Assembly: GCA_964640885.1 (NCBI GenBank)
Contig: CAZXJC010000471.1
Coordinates: 1-28,428, forward strand
From: an uncultured Pirellulaceae bacterium
Lineage (GTDB): Bacteria > Planctomycetota > Planctomycetia > Pirellulales > Pirellulaceae
Direction of reading: 5' to 3'
Length of the DNA: 28,428 nt
Both the position numbers and the translations under genes were made by a program. Numbering within the stretch: the first letter of the stretch is position 1; each line of letters starts with the position of its first letter. Below are positions 18,246-26,347 of the stretch, piece after piece. Below the pieces are notes generated by a model, which had not been told where the DNA came from, did not search any database, and worked only from the letters and a program-made list of their open reading frames with translations.

Positions 18246-19613
18246 ATGAAACACGTCTTAACACAGAGTCGTTTGCTACCAGCTTTTACCGGTCTTTTTT
18301 TCCTGCTTGGGATGCTGACAGTTTGCCAAGCGGCAGAACCGGTTAGTTTCCGTGCAGAAATTGCACCGCTTCTTATTAATAATTGCCTGGCCTGTCACGG
18401 TCCCAAGAAAGCGGAAGGTGGTTATCGGGTCGATTCCTACGAACGATTGCTGAGTGAAGGAGATTCGGGGTCTGCCGGTGTCACGGGGAAGAATATTGAA
18501 GAGAGTGAATTGTTTCGAAGGATTGTCTCGGAAGATAAAGACGAACGGATGCCGCTCGAGTCCGAGCCGCTAACGGCCGAAGAGATTGCTCTTTTCAAGC
18601 GCTGGATTGTCGAGGGAGCAGCGAGTGATGCATCTGATCCGAAAGCTGCCCTCAGCACTATCGTGCCACCACCCGTCCATCCTGATCCCCCCGAAGTTTA
18701 TCCCAGTAGCGTACCCGTTACTGCCCTGGTCTTTAGTCCCGATGGAAAGGAACTGCTGGTTGGTGGGTACCACGAACTGACCGTTTGGAATCCACAGGAT
18801 GGGACGCTGGTGCGACGGATTAAAAATGTGGGTCAACGGACCTATGCGGTTCGCTATAGTCCGGACGGAAAGCAACTGGCGGTTGGCGGTGGAGCACCCG
18901 GAAGGTTGGGAGAAACACGATTGTTCAATGTCGAAACGGGTGAATTGACACGTGTGGTGGGTTCGGCCACGGATGTCATATTAGACGTAGCCTTTAACCC
19001 CAAGGGTGACCGACTGGCTGTTGGTTCAGCGGCCGGTGTGATCCGTATATTTGACGTGGCTTCTGGCAAGGAAACCCTGGTCATTACCAGCCATTCCGAT
19101 TGGGTCATGGCGATTGCCTGGAGTGATGACGGTAAACAACTCGTTTCAGCCAGTCGAGATAAGACGGCCAAAGTGTTTGATGCGGAAAAAGGAGAACTCG
19201 TCGTAACCTATTCTGGTCATAGCCAACCGGTGCGGGGAGTTGCTTTTCATCCAGAAGGTAAAGAAGTGTTCTCGAGTGGAAACGATAATAAAATTCATCG
19301 CTGGAAAGTTGCCGATGGCAAGAAAAGTGCGGAGATCGGTTTTGGTGGTGAAGTCTATAAGTTGCTGCGGTCCGGTGATTTTGTCTTTACCGCTTCGGCT
19401 GACAAAACCGTTCGACAATTTGAAGCGAAGACTCACAAAGCGGTCAGAAGTTACGCCGGTAACGCTGACTGGGCACTTGCCACGGCCTTCCATGGAGAAA
19501 CCAAGCGGTTAGCCAGTGGAGGCTTTGACGGCCAAATCCATATTTGGAATGCTGAGGACGGAAAGCCGGTTGTTAACTTTGTGGCGGCTCCCGGATACAA
19601 GCCTGCAAAGTAA
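18246..19613 (+). CDS. Planctomycete cytochrome c (PSCyt1-type) fused to a WD40 beta-propeller, secreted
   Basis: Signal peptide ending VCQA; heme motif CLACH with downstream RMP (probable axial Met); about seven WD40 repeats (ALVFSPDG, AVRYSPDG, VAFNPKG, SHSDWVMAIAWSDDG, GHSQPVRGVAFHPEG, etc.). ATG 18246 preferred over TTG 18213. Confidence 0.9.
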   Translation: MKHVLTQSRLLPAFTGLFFLLGMLTVCQAAEPVSFRAEIAPLLINNCLACHGPKKAEGGYRVDSYERLLSEGDSGSAGVTGKNIEESELFRRIVSEDKDERMPLESEPLTAEEIALFKRWIVEGAASDASDPKAALSTIVPPPVHPDPPEVYPSSVPVTALVFSPDGKELLVGGYHELTVWNPQDGTLVRRIKNVGQRTYAVRYSPDGKQLAVGGGAPGRLGETRLFNVETGELTRVVGSATDVILDVAFNPKGDRLAVGSAAGVIRIFDVASGKETLVITSHSDWVMAIAWSDDGKQLVSASRDKTAKVFDAEKGELVVTYSGHSQPVRGVAFHPEGKEVFSSGNDNKIHRWKVADGKKSAEIGFGGEVYKLLRSGDFVFTASADKTVRQFEAKTHKAVRSYAGNADWALATAFHGETKRLASGGFDGQIHIWNAEDGKPVVNFVAAPGYKPAK

Positions 19614-19664
19614 AGTAACGGAGTCAGTGATCCGTTTCTAGCGCTCCCCGCAAGGATTGTCATT

Positions 19665-20309
19665 GTGTCTTGGACTCCGGAAATTGTTTTTCATGGGTCA
19701 CCGCGTGCTCCGATCCTGATCGTGCTGGCCCATGGTGCTGGTGCCGGCATGGACTCTCCGTTCATGGAACATGTTTCCAGTGGGCTCGCCGAACGTGGCC
19801 TGCGCGTCGCCCGTTTCGAATTTCCCTATATGCAGCGCAGTCGGCAAACAGGTAAACGCCGACCACCAGATCGTGCTCCTGTGCTGTTGGAAACCTGGCA
19901 GGCGGTGATCAAGAAGCTGCGGCCGCGCCTCAAACCAGCTAATAAGAAACTCGTGATCGGCGGTAAGTCCATGGGTGGGCGGATAGCGAGCATGGTGGCT
20001 GCCGATGAAAATGTGGATGGACTGGTTTGCCTCGGTTACCCGTTTCATCCACCCGGTAAGCCAGTAGGACAACGAATTGAACATCTGCGAGAGCTGGCCG
20101 TCCCTACGCTGATACTCCAGGGTGAACGAGATCCTTTTGGAACGCGAAGGGATGTGGCTCGCTACCGAATTGCTGACACGATCCAGCTGCACTGGTTGAC
20201 CGATGGCAACCACAGTTTCAAGCCGCCAAACGCATCCGCCGCCTCAAACGATGACAATCTTACCCAGGCGCTGGATGCCATGACAGCTTTTGTCAAACAG
20301 CTTCCCTAG
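19665..20309 (+). CDS. Alpha/beta hydrolase (KANL3/Tex30-like, dienelactone hydrolase-related)
   Basis: HGAGAGMDS, nucleophile elbow GGKSMGG, CLGYPFHPPG, QGERDPFG (Asp) and DGNHSF (His). Confidence 0.88.
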   Translation: MSWTPEIVFHGSPRAPILIVLAHGAGAGMDSPFMEHVSSGLAERGLRVARFEFPYMQRSRQTGKRRPPDRAPVLLETWQAVIKKLRPRLKPANKKLVIGGKSMGGRIASMVAADENVDGLVCLGYPFHPPGKPVGQRIEHLRELAVPTLILQGERDPFGTRRDVARYRIADTIQLHWLTDGNHSFKPPNASAASNDDNLTQALDAMTAFVKQLP

Positions 20310-20395
20310 CGTGTGTATCGGGACCCGGTCAAGGAACCACGTAAGAGCCCCGCTTCCGCCAGGAAAATGATCGCTGTTACTTGTCGGCAGCGACC

Positions 20396-20444
20396 TCCTT
20401 GCGGTAGGTTAACGGCTGTCCGCTGATCAGACCTACTGCCAGGA
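20396..20444 (+). promoter_or_regulatory. Candidate structured leader hairpin immediately upstream of the PNP operon Shine-Dalgarno
   Basis: TCCT-T-GCGGTAGGT (20396-20409) pairs with ACCTACTGC-C-AGGA (20431-20444), about 13-14 bp with G-U pairs on the + strand. Function not established. Confidence 0.35.
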
Positions 20445-20462
20445 ATTCAAGGGAATCAGACC

Positions 20463-21287
20463 ATGCTCGAACTGTTTGGACAAATTGAGGAAGCTGTTGC
20501 TGCGATCCAGTCCCAGTGGGATAAAAAGCCCCATGCCGGGATTATCCTGGGTACCGGACTTGGCAGCCTGGTAGAAGAGATCGATGTGGAACTGACACTC
20601 GATTATGGAGAGATTCCAAACTTCCCGGAATCGACAGCCACCAGTCACCGCGGTCGCCTGGTTTGTGGCGAGTTGGCGGGTTTACCGGTGATCGCCATGG
20701 AAGGCCGGTTTCACATGTACGAGGGATACCCCCTCAAGCAAATCACGCTGCCAGTCCGTGTTTTTAAAGCCCTTGGTGCCGAACTGCTGGTGGTCTCCAA
20801 TGCCTGTGGTGGTATGAATCCATATTACCAGGCCGGTGACCTGATGGTGATCGAAGATCAAATCAACCTGATGGGGGATAATCCCCTAATTGGAATCAAC
20901 GATGATCGACTTGGACCACGGTTTCCGGATATGTGCGAGCCGTACGACCAGGCGTTGATTGAAAGGGCGCAAGAATTGGCCCGACGCGAGAACATCGTGT
21001 TGCACAAGGGTGTTTTTGTGGCTGTTGCTGGCCCGAATCTTGAGACACGAGCTGAGTACCGTTTCTTGCGAACCATCGGGGCTGACGTAGTCGGAATGTC
21101 GACGGTTCCGGAAGTCATCGTGGCGGTGCATTGTGGTTTGCGGGTCATCGGATTTTCAATCATTACCGACATGTGCCTTGCCGATGCTTTGCAACCAGCG
21201 AACGTGGAAGAAATCATTGCTACTGCTAATGAAGCAGAACCTCGACTGCGGACCATGGTTATGGGGGTATTGGCAGGTGAAAAATAA
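20463..21287 (+). CDS. punA: Purine nucleoside phosphorylase, trimeric (NP-I) class, Asp variant at the specificity position
   Basis: ILGTGLG, HRGRL, GRFHMYEGY, NACGG, NPLIG...GPRFPDM, GPNLETRAE, VGMSTVPE and SIITD; AAGGGA Shine-Dalgarno. Confidence 0.92.
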   Translation: MLELFGQIEEAVAAIQSQWDKKPHAGIILGTGLGSLVEEIDVELTLDYGEIPNFPESTATSHRGRLVCGELAGLPVIAMEGRFHMYEGYPLKQITLPVRVFKALGAELLVVSNACGGMNPYYQAGDLMVIEDQINLMGDNPLIGINDDRLGPRFPDMCEPYDQALIERAQELARRENIVLHKGVFVAVAGPNLETRAEYRFLRTIGADVVGMSTVPEVIVAVHCGLRVIGFSIITDMCLADALQPANVEEIIATANEAEPRLRTMVMGVLAGEK

Positions 21288-21295
21288 GATTCGCT

Positions 21296-22120
21296 ATGAA
21301 TGAAGTTAATCTTGTTCAGGCTGCTGCCGAAGCTGCTACTGTGATTCAGCAACGCTGGTCCGTGGCGCCACGACTGGCGCTAATTCTCGGTACCGGACTC
21401 GGCGATTTAGCTGAGTTGATCGACGCAGATGTGGTGATCGATTATAGCGAGATCCCACATTTTCCACGCTCCACGGCGATCGGCCATCGAGGTCGTTTGA
21501 TTTGCGGATCCTGGCAAGGCGTACCACTGGTGGCGATGCAGGGACGTTGTCATCTTTACGAAGGGTACAGCTGGCAGCAGGTTACGTTACCGGTAAGGAT
21601 TATGGCCGCCCTGGGAATTCAATCCCTGATCATTACCAACGCTAGTGGGGGACTGAATCCACAATTTCAAGCCGGGGACGTGATGGTGATGGAAGACCAT
21701 ATCGATCTCACGTTCCGGGCTCCCAGTGGCTGGCCTGAAGGCCCTTTGGCCGCTAAGGCAGGAGCAGCTTATGACGGGCAACTCAGTGCCACGGCCCAGC
21801 AGGCAGCCCATGGAATCAATGTCCCTGTGCAGAGAGGTGTTTACGTTGCTCTCACCGGGCCAACGTATGAAACCCGGGCGGAGTATCGTTTCTTGCGGAA
21901 AATTGGTGGAGATGCTGTGGGTATGTCGACTGTTCCGGAAGCTATCATGGCAAAGAAGTTAGACATGCGCGTGCTGGCCTTCTCGATTATTACTAACCTG
22001 GCAAATCCGGATGCCCTCTCGTCTGTTACGGGGGAAGAGGTGATTGCAACGGCCCAAGTCGCTGGCGCGAATCTTCAGCAGATCCTGGCCGTAGTGTTGC
22101 CGCAGTGTGCTGACAGCTAA
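21296..22120 (+). CDS. Second purine nucleoside phosphorylase, trimeric class, Asn variant, diverged paralog
   Basis: ILGTGLG, GHRGRL, GRCHLYEGY, NASGG, GPTYETRAE, VGMSTVPE and SIITN; starts 8 nt after the first PNP stop. Confidence 0.88.
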   Translation: MNEVNLVQAAAEAATVIQQRWSVAPRLALILGTGLGDLAELIDADVVIDYSEIPHFPRSTAIGHRGRLICGSWQGVPLVAMQGRCHLYEGYSWQQVTLPVRIMAALGIQSLIITNASGGLNPQFQAGDVMVMEDHIDLTFRAPSGWPEGPLAAKAGAAYDGQLSATAQQAAHGINVPVQRGVYVALTGPTYETRAEYRFLRKIGGDAVGMSTVPEAIMAKKLDMRVLAFSIITNLANPDALSSVTGEEVIATAQVAGANLQQILAVVLPQCADS

Positions 22121-22123
22121 TTG

Positions 22124-22570
22124 CTATTCTGAGTTTTCCAGGTAACCCTGCTGATCAATAACTTCGAAGACATAGCCATTGGGATCGCGGAAGAAGAAGC
22201 GTTCAAAGGGCGTCTCGCGAAGCGGCTCAATTAGTTCAGCCCCATTTTCTTGAAGGCGTTCTTTAAGTTGGGGAAATTCATCGCCGGTAAAGAAGATGGC
22301 AAAGTGACGACCAAATTCTGCCTCGTGTGCGGAAGGCTTAAAGTCCGGTACTTCCAGCAGATGGATCTGCTGGTTTGGACCCATTTCCAGCCAGGCACCT
22401 TTCATGTCGATGTTTCCCGGTCGCGAGAGGGGTTTCCAGCCTAAGGTGGTTGCCAGGAACGTCTCCGTAGCGGACACGTCGCGCGTCGCCATCGTGAAGT
22501 GAGCAATCGTCAAGCAAGATACTCCGATTCGCCGAAAGATCTGTAGTTCACTGAAAACCTGTTTTACCAT
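22124..22570 (-). CDS. VOC (glyoxalase/bleomycin resistance) family protein
   Basis: IAHFT...RDV...F...LGW, QIHLL, HFAI and FFRDPNGYVFEV. The true start may be TTG at 22513, which has GGAG 8 nt upstream. Confidence 0.82.
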   Translation of the reverse strand: MVKQVFSELQIFRRIGVSCLTIAHFTMATRDVSATETFLATTLGWKPLSRPGNIDMKGAWLEMGPNQQIHLLEVPDFKPSAHEAEFGRHFAIFFTGDEFPQLKERLQENGAELIEPLRETPFERFFFRDPNGYVFEVIDQQGYLENSE

Positions 22571-22686
22571 GGGATTCGATTAGTCGCCAGCAAAGCTTCG
22601 GCTGGCCGACGGGAACGGCCTGGATTGATCCAATCTTAACGAGCCTTTAGGATGCCGGTAGAAGATAACAAAGGGAGTTTAAGAAG

Positions 22687-23448
22687 ATGAGTTTAGAAAC
22701 AACCGATCAACCGTCTCAGCCATCTGGCTGGCAACCGCTGACGGCAATACAACGTCGCGTGCTGGGGGTGCTTGTCGAAAAGGCGAAGACGACCCCTGAT
22801 GCTTATCCGTTAACGGTCAATGCGCTTACCAATGGCTGCAATCAGAAAAGCAACCGGTCTCCCAAAATGGAACTGGAGACTTACGAAGTCGAGGAGTGTC
22901 TTGGCCAGTTGCGGAATCTCAACGTGGTTGTTGAAATTTGGGATAGCGGACGTGTTCCGAAGTATCGCCATGATGCCTATGACTGGCTAGGTGTCGATAA
23001 ACAAGAGATGGCGGTAGTCGTAGAACTGCTGCTGCGCGGAGAACAGACGGTTGGCGAGCTGCGCGGTCGGGCGGCCCGGATGGAACCGATTGCTGATATG
23101 TCTGAATTACGACCAGTCCTCGCCTCACTGGAAGAAAAAGGGCTGTTGCTGCCGCTGACTTCGGCAGGTCGCGGGCAGACGGTCACGCATTCCCTCTATC
23201 AGGAAGCTGAACGAAATGACTTGTTGAGCCAGTTTGAGAGTGGCTTGCCGAGCAAGGCAAAAGTCCAGGCCGAGACACCACCACCGCAAGTGGTTCCCAT
23301 TTCCGCTGCTGTTCCAGCGGTCACACTCGACATGTATAGCGAACTGCAAGTGGAATTAGCGGAAGTCCAGGCCGAGGTAAGTCGTTTGCGGTCGCGCCTT
23401 GAACAATTGGAATCGCTCCGCGAAGAAGAATCTGCCAACGATTCTTAA
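22687..23448 (+). CDS. DUF480 / YceH family protein
   Basis: RRVLGVLVEKAKTTPDAYPLTVNALTNGCNQKSNR, SGRVPKYRH, ELLLRGEQTVGELRGRAARM, and a C-terminal coiled coil. Confidence 0.86.
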   Translation: MSLETTDQPSQPSGWQPLTAIQRRVLGVLVEKAKTTPDAYPLTVNALTNGCNQKSNRSPKMELETYEVEECLGQLRNLNVVVEIWDSGRVPKYRHDAYDWLGVDKQEMAVVVELLLRGEQTVGELRGRAARMEPIADMSELRPVLASLEEKGLLLPLTSAGRGQTVTHSLYQEAERNDLLSQFESGLPSKAKVQAETPPPQVVPISAAVPAVTLDMYSELQVELAEVQAEVSRLRSRLEQLESLREEESANDS

Positions 23449-25052
23449 CGTTCCGTCCATTTCCAGCCGACGGGTGTTTCCAGTTCCTGTTCAGCTAATC
23501 TTGCCCACGGCGTGCCCGCATGATCCTTCATAACACGCTGTAGATAGTTCTGGGCCCGGTCAGACAGCTTTTTCAGCGTGCTACCGGCATCGATGGTATT
23601 GGCTGGTTCCAATACCCAAACCGTGCTGGTTTTTTCTTCAAAGATTCGTCCCCGTTTAAGAACCGCCAGGATGGCGTTGTAACCCTCGATACGGACCTTG
23701 GCAGCAGTGGCACGGCCCATGGCGAGGTCGTAGCCAGCTTGCCAGCGAAGACTCGTCAGCTTATTGCGGTCGGCTTCACCTTTCTTAAGAAGGTTGTAGA
23801 GGGTGTTTATTTCTGGTTCCAGGCGGGCGGCGGCGAGTTGGGCCTGGGTGACATCTCGGTTTAGCTGAGCCTCGTTCTTGTACCCAAACTCTGTAACGGG
23901 ATGGGTTAGAATTTTGCGACGTCCCAGCTGGGCCGCCTCGTGCAGTGCTCGACAGGCAGCATTAGACTCCAATAACTCCTGGTAGCGAGCGTCGCTGGTG
24001 TAATCCGGAGCGTAACGTTTCAAGAGAGTTGCATCGTAAGTACCGATCAAAGAAGTGCCCGCCCGCCCGCCAGGGCCCCGTAACATCGCTGGAGTGTAAC
24101 CAGCCATGCGAACAACCAGGTACTTCCCACCGGTTTGGCGACTGGCAAACTCCCAGGCAAACGGACCAAAGCCACTGTCGACACGATCCCAGCCAAAACT
24201 ACTGCCCCAGCGGTCCAGTACGATCCGTTCGGAATAGCGAGATTCGGGGCCTTGTAGAATGGGTTGCCAAGAGCCATCGGACTTGAAGTCCAGAGGAGCT
24301 TCTGTACTGGGATGCAAAAGAGCAGTTTGCCCAAACGGAGCTGAGGTTCCAATCACGTAGAGAGGAATTGCATGCTTGATCATGGTTTTCGTCAATGGTT
24401 CAACCAGTTGCTGGTCGTCTCCGGCTTCATCAGTAACCGCCACGATAATGATTTCTCGATTGTGCTTTAGTCGAAAGTCCAGGTACTTGTCGACGACGGT
24501 TTGGAGTGCTGTAAAACCGTTTTCCCGCCCGGACGGATCGACGGCCACGGAGCTCAAGGCGGCGGCAACCGCTGTTCCAGAACCCGAGGGAGTCTCCAAC
24601 AGGTAGTTGGTCGTTTCACCAAAGGTGGCTACAGCCGTGAGTAACCGATTTTCCTGCTCGGGGTTGCCAGCCGGTGTTTTTGGATTGCTGTAGTAATCTC
24701 GTAATTGGCCGGTGACGTTTTCGACGAGCCCACTGGAACTCCGAGACTGATCCAGCAGCCAGATTACTAGCGTAGGACCAAACTGAACGGATTCGTCAAT
24801 CAAGGAAATAATCTTGCCGGTTTCTGGTAAGTAGACTCCCTGGTGAGTCGGCATGTATTGCCTGGCTGACAAGTCTTGGCTGGAGCGGCTAACGCGACCT
24901 ACCGATGCCCGCGGACGAGACTTCACCCGTCGTGATTTACTCTTGGCTGTTTTCTTTTTTGCTGCCGGTTTAACTTGAAAGCTGTCACAGCCAACGGGAG
25001 CTGTTAGCAAAACCAGTGCCAGTAGGCTGAGATAGAGACGAGGATGAAACAT
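23445..25052 (-). CDS. VWA domain-containing putative lipoprotein, planctomycete type
   Basis: Signal peptide ending in PVGC (lipobox-like); MIDAS-like IWLLDQSRS and AVTDEAGDD; helical C-terminus ending GTPWARLAEQELETPVGWKWTER. Shares a TTAA double stop with the DUF480 gene. Confidence 0.8.
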   Translation of the reverse strand: MFHPRLYLSLLALVLLTAPVGCDSFQVKPAAKKKTAKSKSRRVKSRPRASVGRVSRSSQDLSARQYMPTHQGVYLPETGKIISLIDESVQFGPTLVIWLLDQSRSSSGLVENVTGQLRDYYSNPKTPAGNPEQENRLLTAVATFGETTNYLLETPSGSGTAVAAALSSVAVDPSGRENGFTALQTVVDKYLDFRLKHNREIIIVAVTDEAGDDQQLVEPLTKTMIKHAIPLYVIGTSAPFGQTALLHPSTEAPLDFKSDGSWQPILQGPESRYSERIVLDRWGSSFGWDRVDSGFGPFAWEFASRQTGGKYLVVRMAGYTPAMLRGPGGRAGTSLIGTYDATLLKRYAPDYTSDARYQELLESNAACRALHEAAQLGRRKILTHPVTEFGYKNEAQLNRDVTQAQLAAARLEPEINTLYNLLKKGEADRNKLTSLRWQAGYDLAMGRATAAKVRIEGYNAILAVLKRGRIFEEKTSTVWVLEPANTIDAGSTLKKLSDRAQNYLQRVMKDHAGTPWARLAEQELETPVGWKWTER

Positions 25053-25125
25053 GTTTCGTTGCGACCTCGCGAGAAAGAAACAGCTTGTCAGTATGGAAAC
25101 ACCATTGTAGCGTAGAATTCTGAAA

Positions 25126-25221
25126 AATCATCTTGTCGGTCGGCGGTTGCATTAGGAGACCTGCCGTCGCACAATAAGAGAATGAAGGTCAGCGGTCCGG
25201 TCCGGGCCGCTCAAGATGATT
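25126..25221 (+). other. Candidate three-way-junction RNA structure in the divergent intergenic region upstream of DUF1080-moaD-aor
   Basis: A perfect 10-bp closing stem AATCATCTTG/CAAGATGATT encloses two hairpins (25141-25166 and 25191-25211). Confidence 0.3.
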
Positions 25222-25287
25222 GGTTTTTGATCGTGGACTCTTTGCCCGCAAAAGGGTCTTGGCGACTTCAATAAAAGGAAATACCTG

Positions 25288-26292
25288 ATGAATGTGAGAT
25301 CCTCTGGCTTGTTTTCTCTGGCAATGATATTGATTCTTACTACTTCATGGGCGCCTGCCAAAGGACCTAAGATTTCGGATCCTGCTAAGGTCGATCAGGA
25401 TTACGCTCTGCAGGGTGAATATACCGGGATGCTGGTCGCAGATGGCGAAAAATCGAAAATGGGTGCCCACGTGATCGCCCAAGGAAAAGGAACGTTTAAC
25501 ATCAATGTCTACGAAGGTGGTCTGCCTGGGGATGGCTGGACGACCAAGAAGCCAATTCAATCAAAATCAATGCTCAAGGATGGCCAGGTCGTCTTCAAGG
25601 CGGAAGAAGGTACTGCTGTATTGAAAGGGAAAACTCTCACCATTTCGAACCCGGCGGGAAAACTGCTTGGCACCCTTACCCGCGTGGTGCGCAGCAGTCC
25701 AACGTTAGGAAAAAAGGCACCCAAGGGAGCCGTCGTCTTGTTTGATGGTTCCAGTGCCAAGGGTTGGAAGAATGGTCGTCTTACCGATGACAAACTGTTG
25801 ATGGAAGGAACCACGAGCCTGGAAACATTTCAAGATCATCAGCTGCATATCGAGTTTCGTTTGCCGTATCAGCCCGAAGACCGGGGGCAAGGTCGCGGTA
25901 ACAGTGGTATTTATGTCCAGGGACGATATGAAGTTCAAATGCTTGATTCGTTTGGACTGGCAGGAAAGCAGAATGAATGTGGCGGACTCTACAGTGTTAA
26001 GGATCCGGATGTGAACATGTGCTATCCACCTTTGCAGTGGCAGACATATGACATCCAGTACACGGCTGCCAGGTTCGATGCTCAGGGGAAGCTGACCAAG
26101 AATCCACGGATTACCGTCCGGCATAATGGTGTTCTGATTCACAAGGATGTTGAATTGCCCGGTAATCGATCGACGACGGCAGCACCTTCGAAACCCGGAA
26201 CGGCTGCGGGACCAATTTTTCTGCAGAACCATGGCTGCCCCATGCGTTATCGAAATATTTGGGCAGTTAAAACGGGTAACGATGCAGGCTAA
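25288..26292 (+). CDS. Secreted DUF1080 (3-keto-disaccharide hydrolase family) protein with an N-terminal extra domain
   Basis: Signal-like N-terminus; AVVLFDG, LHIEFR, RGNSGIYVQGRYEVQMLDS, CGGLY, QWQTYDI, VRHNGVLIH, GPIFLQNHG and YRNIW. Confidence 0.88.
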   Translation: MNVRSSGLFSLAMILILTTSWAPAKGPKISDPAKVDQDYALQGEYTGMLVADGEKSKMGAHVIAQGKGTFNINVYEGGLPGDGWTTKKPIQSKSMLKDGQVVFKAEEGTAVLKGKTLTISNPAGKLLGTLTRVVRSSPTLGKKAPKGAVVLFDGSSAKGWKNGRLTDDKLLMEGTTSLETFQDHQLHIEFRLPYQPEDRGQGRGNSGIYVQGRYEVQMLDSFGLAGKQNECGGLYSVKDPDVNMCYPPLQWQTYDIQYTAARFDAQGKLTKNPRITVRHNGVLIHKDVELPGNRSTTAAPSKPGTAAGPIFLQNHGCPMRYRNIWAVKTGNDAG

Positions 26293-26347
26293 CCTGGCCG
26301 TTGCGAGTTTTTGTTACTGTTAGGTGAGAGTGCTTATTACTGAGTCG

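Noticed and set aside
22583-22610. Hairpin GTCGCCAGC...GCTGGCCGAC containing a possible C(UUCG)G loop between divergent genes
   Set aside because: Isolated short stem with no U-tract and no recognisable RNA family context.
23445-23448. Convergent genes sharing a TTAA double stop; similarly tight convergent ends at 22120/22124 and 4393/4404
   Set aside because: Common in compact bacterial genomes; no evidence of a special mechanism.
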